A stretch of DNA of 64,000 nucleotides from Bugula neritina. Lineage: Eukaryota > Animalia > Bryozoa. The translations under genes and the position numbers were made by a program. Position 1 is the stretch's first letter, and each line of letters opens with the position of its first letter. Below the pieces are notes generated by a model. It was not told the origin of the DNA, did not search any database, and worked only from the letters and a program-made list of their open reading frames with translations. The stretch is from contig CAXIUT010000255.1 of the NCBI GenBank assembly GCA_964035545.1, forward strand, positions 28,587 to 92,586. The letters are read 5' to 3'. Below are positions 51,272-63,545 of the stretch, piece by piece.

Positions 51272-53623
51272 ATGAAAGGAATCAAAGTTCTACTTCTAAT
51301 AGTAGTACTGCTTGGTTCTCTCAATGCTGATATGATCTCTTCTGGAGCTGATGGCATGTTCAATAACATCATGAAGGGATCAGACAACTTCATGAAGGGC
51401 AACAAAAATCAGCTTTTCGGAAATGAAAATACCATGGTAGGAAATCACAATAAATTTGCAGGAGATGGTAACCTTGGAGTTGGAGATGTCAATACCGTTG
51501 TTGGAAACGGTAATATGTTCAAAGGTAACTACAATAATATCTTTGGGCATGGAAATAAAGGTAAAGGTTCAGCCAACAAGATAGCTGGATCAGGAAATAG
51601 CTTCTTAGGAAACTGTAATACTATTGGAGGAAATGGAAATCTACTCAATGGAAATATAAATTCTATCTTTGGAAATAAAAATGTTGTTAAAGGAGATGGA
51701 AACTTCCTTAAAGGAAATTCTAATCTACTTATAAGTGATAAGTTTGGAAATATTCCTTCAAAACCATAAAAACCAATTTGCAGCTCTTGTCCATCAGGCA
51801 ACTGTCCATCAGGAAACTGTCCATCAGGAAACTGTCCATCAGGAAAATGTCCATCAGGAAACTGTCCATCAGGAAACTGTCCATCAGGAAACTGTCCAAA
51901 TCCCCCACCAGAACCTAAACCTTATGAACCTATTTGTCTACCAGGCAACTGTCCATCAGGCAACTGTCCATCAGGCAACTGTCCAAATCCCCCACCAGAA
52001 CCTAAACCTCATGAGCCTACGTGTCCACCACCACCACCACCACCGCCACTGCCACCTTGTCCTGAACCAGAACCTGAACCTCATGAGCCTACTTGTCCAC
52101 CACCACCACCCCCACCACCACCACCACCACCACCACCACCACCACCACCACCACCACCACCACCACCACCACCACCACCACCACCACCACCACCACCACC
52201 ACCACCGCCACCGCCACCACCACCACCGCCACCTTGTCCTGAACCTGAACCAGAACCTGAACCTCATGAGCCTACTTGTCCACCACCACCACCACCACCA
52301 CCACCACCACCACCACCACCACCACCACCACCACCACCGCCACCACCACCACCGCCACCGCCACCGCCACCTTGTCCTGAACCTGAACCAGAACCTGAAC
52401 CTCATGAGCCTACTTGTCCACCACCACCACCACCACCACCACCACCACCACCACCACCACCACCACCACCACCTTGTCCTGAACCAGAACCTGAACCTCA
52501 TGACCCTTATTGTCCACCACCACCACCTTGTCCAGGACCTTAACCTGAACCTCATGAGCCTTATTGTCCTCCTTCCACACCTCCTCCACCACCGCCACCA
52601 CCACCGCCACCACCACCGCCACCGCCACCACCACCGCCACCACCTCCTCCTTCTTGTCCTGAACCTTAGCCTCAGCCATAACCAGAACCACCAAGAAAAT
52701 GTCCAAGGCCTCCAAAACCACCAAGAAAATGTCCAAGACCACCTATATTTCCACCTAGAAAATGCCCAAGATAACCAAGATGTCCCAGAATACCAAGAAA
52801 ACCCAGATGTCCTAGACGACCTAGAAAACCAAGATGTCCTAGACGACCTAGAAGACCAAGAAGACCTAGAAAACCCAGATGTCCTAGACGACCTAGAAGA
52901 CCAAGAAGACCAAGAAGACCTAGAAAACCCAGATGTCCTAGACGACCTAGGAGACCCAGAAAACCAAGAAGGCCAAGATGTCCTAGAAGACCTAGAAAAC
53001 CAAGATGTCCGAGAAGACCAAGGAGACCCAGAAAACCAAGAAGGCCAAGATGTCCTAGAAGACCTAGAAAACCAAGATGTCCGAGAAGACCAAGGAGACC
53101 CAGAAAACCAAGAAGGCCAAGATGTCCTCGAAGACCTAGAAAACCAAGATGCCCAAGAAGACCAAGGAGACCCAGAAAACCAAGAAGGCCAAGATGTCCT
53201 CGAAGACCTAGAAAACCAAGATGCCCAAGAAGACCAAGGAGACCCAGAAAACCAAGAAGGCCAAGATGTCCTAGAAGACCTAGAAAACCAAGATGTCCGA
53301 GAAGACCAAGGAGACCCAGAAAACCAAGAAGGCCAAGATGTCCTCGAAGACCTAGAAAACCAAGATGCCCAAGAAAACCAAGAAGATGTCTATTCAAAAA
53401 AAGAAGTCAGCCAAGGAGACGACCTCAGCCAAGACGACCTCAGCCAAGACGACCTCAGCAAAGGAGACCTCAGCACAGACGACCTCAGCACAGGAGACCT
53501 AAGTCCAGACGACCTTCGAACCATCAAAGAGGTGGAAGAAGAGGCGGAGGAAGAAGAGGCGGAGGAAGAAGAGGCGGAGGAAGAAGAGGCGGAGGAAGAA
53601 GAGGGTGTAGAAGACGTAGATGA
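51272..53623 (+). CDS. Secreted Pro/Arg block protein, paralog 5 (intact 7-residue GxxNxhx repeats, Cys-rich)
   Basis: Signal peptide; about 17 heptads (e.g. GNKNQLF GNENTMV GNHNKFA GDGNLGV GDVNTVV); (CPSGN)n; (PPCPEPEPEPHEPTC)n; (RCPRRPRKP)n; RRGGG tail; TGA at 53621-53623. Confidence 0.88.
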
Positions 53624-53984
53624 TCTACTTACTTTACTATCTTTACTTTTGATAAGCTAGTTATTATTGATAAACAAGTTATAATTTTGAATAATAGAAA
53701 ATACTATAAAAATAAAGGCATATTATTTTTATCTCTGGCTTATTTATTCATTTTTCTCGATTTAACAATAATAGTTAACTTTCCTTCAATCTTTGGAAAA
53801 GTAATGAGCAAAATAAATATTATTTGACTATCCTCATTATTATTCATCTTACTCTAATTTTTATCTTTCTTAATTAGAAATATTTAAAGTGTATTATTAT
53901 TTATAGTTTATTTTGTGATCATTTGTTCTTTAATCTTATAAATAATCACAAGTAGTCATTAAATAATAAAATATCGAGTCTTGA

Positions 53985-56900
53985 ACCAATATCTAAGCTG
54001 TCAACAGTTAGAAAACAAGTTATTTAATTAGTATAAATTGTATCATCATAAAGCAATTAAGTCAGAAACTTTATTTTGCAAACAATGATTTAGATGTATC
54101 AGATAGTATTCAATAAACTATGGTAAAAACAATGCTTACAAAAGCAAAAGAAGTTAAATTTGAGTTTAAATTAAAAAATCTAATTAAGTTCAGTGTTTCG
54201 AGGAAGAAATAAGTCTAAAAATTACCCAAAAAAGAATACTAAATTACAACTAAATCTTTTTCGATAAGAGAAATAACAAAAACAAAAGATAAAAATTGCT
54301 TTATAACTGTATGTTATATAACTTGAACACAGATTAGATCAAATGATAAGAAATATGGGGAAAAAATATTGATAAAAAAATATACAAAAATACCTATTGT
54401 AGTCTTTGAATGGAACAAAAACCCATAATAATAAATAAGTATCAACAAGAAGCAGTATTGGAAGCACATAAACCATCTGATAATGATCAAAAGTATTCGA
54501 GTAGAAAAGTAAGAGTCAGAAGGAGTTGATTAAGGAAGATTGATGACTCTAAAATATCTTAAAAGACGGGACAAGGATGAGATTTATAACTTGAAATAAT
54601 TATTTTAGCAAAAGTTGGATATTTCAATGAAGAAGTGATATTTTTATGGAACTACATAATTATGATAAACAAGCTGATAACTGACTCAATAAATTTGATA
54701 ATTTATGAGGTAGAATTAGATTAATTGAATCATGATAGTTTCATTAGTCTGAGAGCCATTGAATACCTGAGTCCTAGCTTTTAAAGAACATATCTATTTG
54801 TTCAGGGTAGGTGCAACCTATCTTTTCGACTAAACCATCTAAAGTCTCTTGAATTCTATCGTCTTTATAATATCTCCTTCCGATATCTCTCATGCTCAGG
54901 TCTTCAAATTAAAAATCAAACTTAAGTTCTTTTGAAGTTGGAAGCAAATCAGCATTATTGCAATATTCTTACTGATGGTTCAGTATTTTCTATTCTATCT
55001 TCTATATTTAATTTCTATCTCTGTATTTATTTAATGGCATAGGAAATAGTTTGCTATCTCTTTATTTTTAATCTTCGTCCTCTTCTTCAATTTTTATATA
55101 ATTTTGTTAATTATAATGAGGTTGACAAAGTTCTTAAAGTTTCTAAAGAAGTTTTTATTCTACTTCTTTAATATTTGATAATTGAAACTATCTCTTCCAT
55201 CTGTTCATCATAGAGTAATATCGGTTTTTTACCATATTTTAAGTTCTGCTTCCGTTAAAGAATTTTGCCAATTAAGCCCATTTTGTTCCTATTTCTTTTA
55301 TTTTTTGCATTAGTAAGTATTCTTCTTCCTTTTTCCATTCATCTCTTTTGATATTAGGGTTAAGATGGTTCATCCATCTCTATCGACATTGAGCATTGTT
55401 CTTAAAAAATCTTCCCTATGAAACATAAAACAATTCATAAGACACTGCCTTCCACTAGAACTTCTATTTCTTCAAATTTTTTGTTTTTAGTATCTTTTAA
55501 AGCAGATTAATTTCTTAGTTTTTCCATGATTGTTTGGATGTTGATTTGGAAGGAGTCAAACACTTGATTTAGAATCTAATTCTCCATAGAGATTGTCTTT
55601 GAAAGATTCTTTGTAGAAATTAGAAGTCTTTATCAGTCTAAATAACTCAAAAAATACCAATTTATCAACAGTCAGTTAGTAGGTAAAGCAAAAATAAGCC
55701 AAAGTCCATAGAAATAGCTTAAATTAACTTTTTTTCCAAGGTAGGAAAGATATTTGGGCTACTTTTTCTTCTTACATTGTTGTAGGATCTTACTTTTAGT
55801 TTATTTTAGCAAGTAGTTTATGCATTTTTATTCCATCCATGACTTTGGATCCAAGATAGTTTTTTAGCTAGCAAGTACTTAAGTAGGCATCAAACTAGGA
55901 GCTAGTAGGAGTTTCTAAGATTAAGGAGTTGAAATATTCAAAGTTGATGAAGTTCATTGACTTTTTTATTGATAAGATTCAATTATAAAAACACCCTCAG
56001 CAATAGATAAAGATAAAATTAGGAATAAATATTTTGATTATGAAGGTTTTTGGTGCTTGAAAGCACTATCTAAATTGTTTTAGATATAAAATATAGCTAA
56101 ATAAAAAAATACGCTTCTTCAACTGTTTAACTGTTTGGTAGTGCTTTGGATTTTCAAAATAATGAAAAACAACAATGTACTGAGAATTGTTTAATTGTAT
56201 CAGTAAAAGTAGTTTTTAGGTATTCAACTTAGTTAGAAATGACTATTTCATTAGCTGAAAACGATCCTACTTTTAACTATAATTAATTAATATTATAATT
56301 AAAAAAATGAAATAAGAAATTGTTTGTTGTAGAGATGAAATAAACAAATAATTTAGATTCCAATAAGGAAAGTAAAGCCAGGAGATATTATATTTAATGG
56401 TTTATTGAAAATATTAATCAAAAGATAGTTGTTACCTTTGAAACAAATATTGATATTAATCAATAAGAAAATATTCAAAAACTATTAAAAAAATATATTA
56501 AAAAATAAAAAATATTCTTCTTTAGATTAAATATCGATTTATCTTTTATTATTCATATAAGTTTGAATAATTTCATTACTATCCATCGAAAAACAATAAT
56601 ATTGAATTCCCAACCAATACCTAAACTGTCAATAGTTAGAAAACAAGTCATTCAATCAGTATCAATTAAATCATCATTTAATTATGGAGCTAGAAGCTTT
56701 ATTTTCAAAAAAGTCACCCAGATGAATCAAATAATTTACATTAAACTTTGGTAAAAAAATGTTTACAAAAGCATAAGAAGTAAAATTTTGGTTTAAATTA
56801 AAAAATTTAATTAGAATTTAGTGTTTAAAGTGAGAAATAAGTCTAAAACTAACTCGAAAAAGAATAAAAAATCACAACTAAACTTTTAATTATAAGAGAA

Positions 56901-57085
56901 ATAACAAAAACAATCGATACAAAATGCTTATTTGATTGTATCCTACAACATTAAAAGTTAATAAAAACAAATGATAAGAAATATGGGTCTAAAATATTAA
57001 CAAAGAAGATGCTAGACTGCCTTTTTAGTTCATAAAAGCAACAAAAAATTATAAAAATAAATAAGTATCATCTACAAGCAAAAGT
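53985..57085. repeat. Diverged direct repeat pair (~53985-54460 and ~56612-57085), possibly paralogous minus-strand membrane-protein genes or relics
   Basis: Shared blocks include CTGTCAAxAGTTAGAAAACAAGT, AAATAAGTCTAAAA, ATAAGAGAAATAACAAAAACAA, AAATGATAAGAAATATGGG and AAATAAGTATCA. Confidence 0.55.
54742..55957 (-). CDS. Myb DNA-binding domain protein
   Basis: KNNAQCRERWMNHLNPNIKRDEWKKEEEYLLMQKIKEIGTKWAELAKFFNGSRTENMVKNRYY (about 55210-55410); TGA at 54742; start and 5' exons uncertain. Confidence 0.75.
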
Positions 57086-57358
57086 TAAAGCAGATTTAGG
57101 TGATAATTTTAATCTAATAAAACAATAAATCTCTTCAATAAGTCGAAACTTGATCGTCATGAACTAGAATTAAAATATCATCAAAAACAACCATAATGGG
57201 TTCATTCAGGAGAAGAATATTAAGTATATGATTTTTATTCATTAAAAACAGAAACAAATACAATTGATTTTTAATAATTCATTCATGATTTTTATTTTAA
57301 AGAACTTTCATTTAATTGATTGAAATAGAGTGGTAGTTATGATAGATATTTTATTTTT

Positions 57359-58590
57359 ATGTAAAAGTAGTCATAACAAACGAAAGCATAGATAAGAAAA
57401 TCTAGGTTTGCCTCTATTAGACAAAGTTTAGCATGCAATAGTGCTATCTTGGCCAATGGTAAACGACTCTAAGAAAAGTTATAAAAAAGACAAAGAAAAA
57501 ATAACAATCCAGTTGATAAATAGATAACTCTTTAATATGCGTATAGCGATATCAGTTCTGATGATTAATAGAAATTCAAATCTCTGTTTAATGATAAGTA
57601 TGAAATAGGATAAAAAGCAGGAGAAGGAGCTCATGGGGTAGTTAGGAAATGCTATGATAAAAAAAATAGATAAACATGTGCAGTCAAAACCATCATACTT
57701 GAACATTAACATACTCTTTTTCTTAAAAAAAACTTTACAGCCATTAAAGCTCTCAAACATCCAAACGTTCTCATCTATAAAGCTCTCTTCCTTGAACCAC
57801 AACTCTCAAGATGCTACTTAGTTATGGAATATTTTCCCTTCCCAGAACTGAATTAAGTGGGAGTTGATTCATAGGAAGAACTTAAGACAGTCGTTTATCA
57901 AATTTTGAAGACTCTAAAATACATCCATCTCAAACAAATATGCCACAGAGATATAAAGCCATAGAATATTTTGTATGACAAAGTCAACCAAACGATAAAG
58001 TTAATTGATTTCGGTATTAGTAAAAAGACGCAGTAAAGGTCTATTAAGAGAGAGATGCTGACACCAACTGGAACTCCTTATTATCGTGCTCCTGAGATGT
58101 TAGAAGGAGGAGGTTATGATGAAATGGTTGACCTTTGGGCACTAGGAGTTACTATATTCAAACTGATGACTGGTATACTCCTTTTGAAGCAGAATATCAC
58201 ATAGATACAATAGCTAATATTTTGAAAGGAGAGATTGATTTTCCCAAAAAGATGAAGTTTTAATGTTCCCAGGTAGCTAAAAATTTAGTGAAAAGGTTAC
58301 TAAGAAAGGATCCTAGAGAAAGACTGTCAGCTGAGATGGCTCTCAAAGATGTGTGTTTCCTAAGTACGAATATGGAAAAATAGATATCATAAGATTTATC
58401 AAGATCGTTGCATTATGATAAAAATTTAAATGAAATGGATTTGCATTTGTCTGTACCGTTTTGTCTTGAAGAGAAAAGACATAAGGCTGGTTCTTCGAAA
58501 AAAGAGATCAAGGAGATATTGGAATAAAGTTAAAGTAGTATTTTTGGAATGGAAGAAACAGTCATCATTTCTTTGCCATCTCCAATCTGA
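57359..58590 (+). CDS. CAMK-group Ser/Thr protein kinase (1-nt frameshift near 58175)
   Basis: GEGAHGVV, AVK, HRDIKPENIL, LIDFG, GTPYYRAPE, VDLWALG; the GYTPF motif needs one extra base. Confidence 0.85.
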
Positions 58591-58920
58591 TATCAGTGTT
58601 TGTTATTCGTGATTTACATACATAAAATAGTTCTTAGTCTAAATAGTTAGAAATGATAGTTAATTTTTATAGAGAAATCTATGAGTACTTTTTCAAGTAG
58701 TTTTATTCTTATTTAAGAAACAAGTTATCTGTAATTAAGCGTAAATAAGATATATTTTATACATTGTTATCTATCTATCTATAATTTAGTTAGTAATTAT
58801 CACTCTTCTATTTTGAATTGATTAATTCTAATACTGGAAGTTGATTAAAAATAATGCTAGAATTGGTATTAAATAAGTTGATTTTTTTGATAATAGAAAT
58901 TAATTATATTTATTTCTTCT

Positions 58921-59590
58921 ATGATGTTAAGATCACCAAAGGTGCAACGTATGTTAATCGACAACGATATTTAGCAGGGTCATTATTCTTTGGTAGTATC
59001 TTTGAAAGCAATAATTTCTTAGTTGCAGAACACGATATCAACTCAGAAAAGGACAATAGATGATTTGAAGAGATGCCACAAAAATACAAAAATAAACGAA
59101 ATGGAGATATAAATTCAACATCTAAATGACTAGAATAAAAGATTGTTGCTTTTAAATCAATAAAACAGGCTAAGAAGGAGAACAAATGTTAACATATAGA
59201 TATGTAAATAGAAGACTAATGTATTGAAAAATAAAAAAAGATAACATTTACTGACAGAGTATAAGATCTAGAACAAGACGAGTTAAATATTGAAAGAAAA
59301 TCAAATGCTTAGAAAAGAAATAGTCAATATGAAAATGAAGGGAGGGAGTTGCTATGGAAGGAAAAAGAGCTCAAAAGATAAAGGCTTGTGCTTTTATGAA
59401 AGAAGTATCCTTTAGAGTCAATAAATTGCACAGAAAAAGATGGAAATGGAAATTGAGAATCAGCATTTGGTTTAAAAAATTACTAAAATGTAAAAGAAAA
59501 TTAATATGTTGCTTGAGAGGAATTAGTAGTTATAGCAAATCAATTTAGAAATGCCATTTATACTCCTGGGTAGCAAAACAACTGATGCAT
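58921..59590 (+). CDS. Hypothetical coiled-coil protein (boundaries uncertain)
   Basis: Open frame LVVSLKAIISELQNTISTQKRTIDDLKRCHKNTKINEMEIEIQHLNDENKRL... under TAR=Glu. Confidence 0.4.
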
Positions 59591-59702
59591 ATTCTTTTTA
59601 CTATCTTTTTATCTTATATCTTATATATATCAAACATAATTAATATAGCACTTTAATTGACTAGCATATATTATGATTATTATTATTGAGTAAATGAAGT
59701 AA

Positions 59703-62224
59703 TCATTCTAGAACTTTAGGTTTGACGAAGTTGGTGTTGGTGACATCTTGGACTTAATCTTCTGAGAGTCCTGTATTTTAGATGCTGTTTAGTTTTCTGA
59801 TAGCATTTTTATAAAATCTAATTCCAGTACATGCTCCACAGCAGATAGCAAATAACATGCCAAATGATGCACATCCGATAGCTATCCTTGAAAAGTATGT
59901 TATTGTAAAAAATGACTGGCACATCGTATTGCTAAATGTATTGAAATCTTCACCGATTAATCGACAATTCAAACCAGCCACTAATCCGTATTTGCCATCT
60001 GTTACACTTGCAGCCACTGCGTCCATAGAGTTGGTGGCAGTTGTGAAAGTTGAATTGAGAGTATTGGTGATGTTGACAGAAAATTGGTTGATACTTGTTG
60101 TTGCTGTTGCCAATCTGGTTGATATGGGGGAAAAACTATTGCTTTTTATTTAGTAGTAATTTGACCACATGTTTGCTAGTTCGTTGTTGAAGGTGGAACA
60201 ACCTGCATCTGAATATCTGTTGTTCAAAGCAGTTAGAACGCTTGCTTGAGTGGAATAGGTTGCTGTGTTGAGAATGCTTGTGGCATCCATACAGCCATCG
60301 CATCCTCCAGATGCTGAAGCAAAGTTGGCGCCTCCGCATTCAGTATTAGTAGCATTATTTCCTCCACTTATCTGACATGATACGTATACTGAATTTTGTT
60401 GAGTTGAAGGTATCCAACTATCAGTACTGAAAGAAGCAGTAGTGCAGCCAGCATAATTGGAAGCTTGTGATATTTGTGTTAGATAGTTGATGCTGGTGCT
60501 ATCAGTTATATCAACTATTGCTCCTGATTGATAGTAGTTGATAGAGTTGGTTAGACTATTGAGATCAGTTTGGATTAAATTTGACTTTTAAGTGCTATTA
60601 AAGCTGTTAATGCTAGTAAGAGTTGCTGAAAGGTTGTTGACTGCATTAACTGCATTGGTGCCTAAAGAACCAAGCAAATCACCACTTTCTGAAGGCAGAC
60701 AGGTAGATACATAGTTACGGATAGTTGAATCAGTAATAACACTACCAAAATTATCTAAATAATAATTGATTTACTATTGAAGTTAGCTGCAGAAGAAAAG
60801 GAAGTGGTCATAAATTGACAACCAAAGTAGATGATTGGCGAGACAATACTGAAGAAGAAACTGAGTAGGAATCCAAGAAGACCAAGGAAGAACATGAGAA
60901 CGCAAGTAGTATAGAGCAAATATCTACAGTTGACTTTATCACAAAAAGCTACAAGAAGAGTAGCTAGTAACATTACACTAGCAATACCAATTGTTAGTCC
61001 ATATACTAATCTAACTCCTAGATGGACATCACTACTACTAGATGATAGACTTGATAGAGTACTGTATTGAGAGTTGTCTAAGTCGGTGATAAAAGAGGTA
61101 AAATTTTGAACTGTAGTTCTTAAAGTGCCCACTGACGATTGGAAGTTGCTTACTTATGATACGAAGTTATCGGCTGATGCTGATATTCCACTTATTTCTG
61201 TTTTATCGTATCGATAGTTGAGTAGAGAGTGCCGATTAGTCCTCCGGTGTTTGATGATCCTAAAACTGTTGGGAAGGTGGAAGTGATTGTTCCGGTGGTG
61301 GAAGAAGCAGTTAGAGGGGTATTGTAAGTAATATCGTTCATGTTTCCTCCAGCATCGACATTATTAGGAACTTTAGCTGTGTTCGTAAGTGCGGTAGAAG
61401 CAGATGTATCGACTGCACTCATATTAGCTGATCCTGATTTTAAATTACTCATGGAAGAGTTGATCGTTGAAAGATTGCTATCTAGATTGCCCAGTTGAGT
61501 ATCTAGTTGTTTGAGACCAACGAAGAATTAACTACCGTCAGTGGTTACATTTCCATTGAGGAGGTCATCGAATATGATAGAACCAGCGCAACTCACGCTT
61601 GAAATAGAACTAGTTATCAATTAACTTTGAGAAAAGCCTTTATCGATAGAAATATACCTGCTATACATGCTCCAATGCAAAGAAGAAGGGCCAAGACCAA
61701 TGCAGCAACCGGCCAGTAAAGCTAGCATTTGGTGTATTGTTAATCTTAATTCTTTCTGCAACATTTGGGAGGACAGGCTGAAGGACAAGCACAGCAGCAG
61801 AGGATAAAAGGAGAGAGTAAGAGTGTGAGAATCAAGCCGATAAAGAAAGGAGCAACAAAGAAAGCAAACTAAGACCCGCTATTTTGTGCCTACGAGTATG
61901 CTTCTGAAGTTTGTCCGTTGAGAAGTTGGTTGATGAGTGTATTTCTAAATAGATCAGTAAATACCCGTTGATTGAAAACATTGACTCCATTTGTGAGTTA
62001 AAAAAGTCGTATTGAGTGGCGAGAGATGAGTCGATTAGGGTAGATCTGGTGATTCCTGTGCAGTGTTAGTCAACTGATGTGGTTCTATCTGAAGTTGTGG
62101 TGTAGGTGGTGATGAGGAGACGTTCGATGGCTGTGAGAGGTTCTTCTGAGGTGTACTGATAGACTCCTATTGAGAGGATGAAGCAGGCAAGGAGAGTGAG
62201 GACTTGTTTTCTTGATATATTCAT
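59703..62224 (-). CDS. Five-TM prominin/tweety-like membrane glycoprotein
   Basis: N-terminal hydrophobic leader; TM1 followed by the Cys cluster LCCCACPSACPPKCC; TM2; large Ser/Thr/Asn loop; TM3-4 (LVYGLTIG...FCDKVNCRYLLY); second large loop; TM5; tiny introns near 60758-60777, 61637-61657 and 61946-61963. Confidence 0.65.
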
Positions 62225-62333
62225 AGAAATTTTATAAGTTATTTGGAAGAATTCAGAATAACTACTTAGTTTATTTCAATAGAAGAAAGTCATAATAATT
62301 TTTTATTCTATATAATATTATGAACCCTAAATA

Positions 62334-63115
62334 TCATTTTATTTATTTTTGATTATTTTTATTGGAAATGATCTCTTGTATGGTTTGATGTTCTGTAAAA
62401 TCGAATTCCCACTTGGACATAAGGTGTTATCTGACTTATCCTTTGTAGATTTTTAGGCTGGCTATTTGTTGCCAGAAGGGATGATTGAGTTTTTACTGTA
62501 TTTTAAGTTTGACTTAAATAATGGGAAATTTCTTTGTTTTTATTTATAATTTTTAATAAACTTATAAATGCTGGGGATATTTTAGGCTTTGTCGATTGCT
62601 GAATATCCATATTTATTTTTTATATCTGTCTTGCATCCGTTTTTAATTAAAGAGTGAATAGCTTAATGATTTTGGTTGACAATTGCATGGTGTAAGGGAG
62701 TATTACCCAATCGATCTTTCTAGTTGATATTCGCTCCTCTTAGTAATAAAATTTCTATCAAAGGGTAGTGATTATTTATAGCTGCTATTTGTAGTGAGTT
62801 GTATCCGTATTTGTTTTAAATTGACTGGTTGATGGGAAATCCTTGTTCTAGAAGTTGCACTACTTATTGCATATTGTTGGTTGATATTGCATGAAGCATT
62901 CTGTATTTATGGGAGTGAGGGTAGACAGTTGTGAAGTGATTGTGCCAGGCAGTGTTAACGTAAAAGAAAGATAGAGGAGACATGAGGAATGGATTAGGTG
63001 AAAAGCGTGGAAATTTAGGAAACCAATCGTAAAGAGTAAAAGGTAGCCATTGACTGGGACTGAAGATAGTTGCATTGGTTATTATCTGTAACTAGTCGTA
63101 GTTATGTTTCAGCAT
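62334..63115 (-). CDS. Ankyrin-repeat protein
   Basis: KYGYNSLQIAAINNHYPLIEILLLRGANINEKDRLGNTPLHHAIVNQNHEAIHSLIKNGCKTDIKNKYG. Confidence 0.8.
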
Positions 63116-63209
63116 CTTTATTATCTTATCAATCAAATATATTCAAATGAATTTATCTGAGCAACTATTCGATAGATACTGTTGATTAATGATTATTTAA
63201 AGTTTCTTA

Positions 63210-63545
63210 TCATGAAGCTTTGAAGATGAGATATCTGCGTTCCATGAACTAAAAGGTGAAATCGTAGTATTGGTATCCTGAGTTGTTGACTAGAGCCGGA
63301 GTGTAGTGGATGTTGAAGGTTTTTTGATCTGAAGGACAAATAATAACAGTCCAGTTGCCTCCAATCATTGTCTACAGTTGTACTTTTATCATCTTGGATT
63401 GCTCATATTGATTATCTCCAAACCTCTACGCTGATGAAGTTAAAATAGATATGATAATATCTTCTATATATTATGGAACTTTTGGCCAGTCGATCGGGTT
63501 GATCTTTGATGCTTTTAATTTTGGCTGTATAGTTTGTTTCTACAT
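63210..63545 (-). CDS. Dynein light chain (LC8-fold)-like small protein, 111 aa
   Basis: Intronless ATG..TGA frame; SKMIKVQLETMIGGNWTVII and FTFEFMERRYLIFKAS resemble the DLC pattern IKxxhdxxxGxxWHxIV...hLhFK. Confidence 0.55.

Noticed and set aside
58165-58185. Programmed frameshift in the kinase (also PPWD1 near 17475)
   Set aside because: Single-base deficits with no Euplotes-type AAA-TAR context; sequencing error or a recent lesion is more likely.
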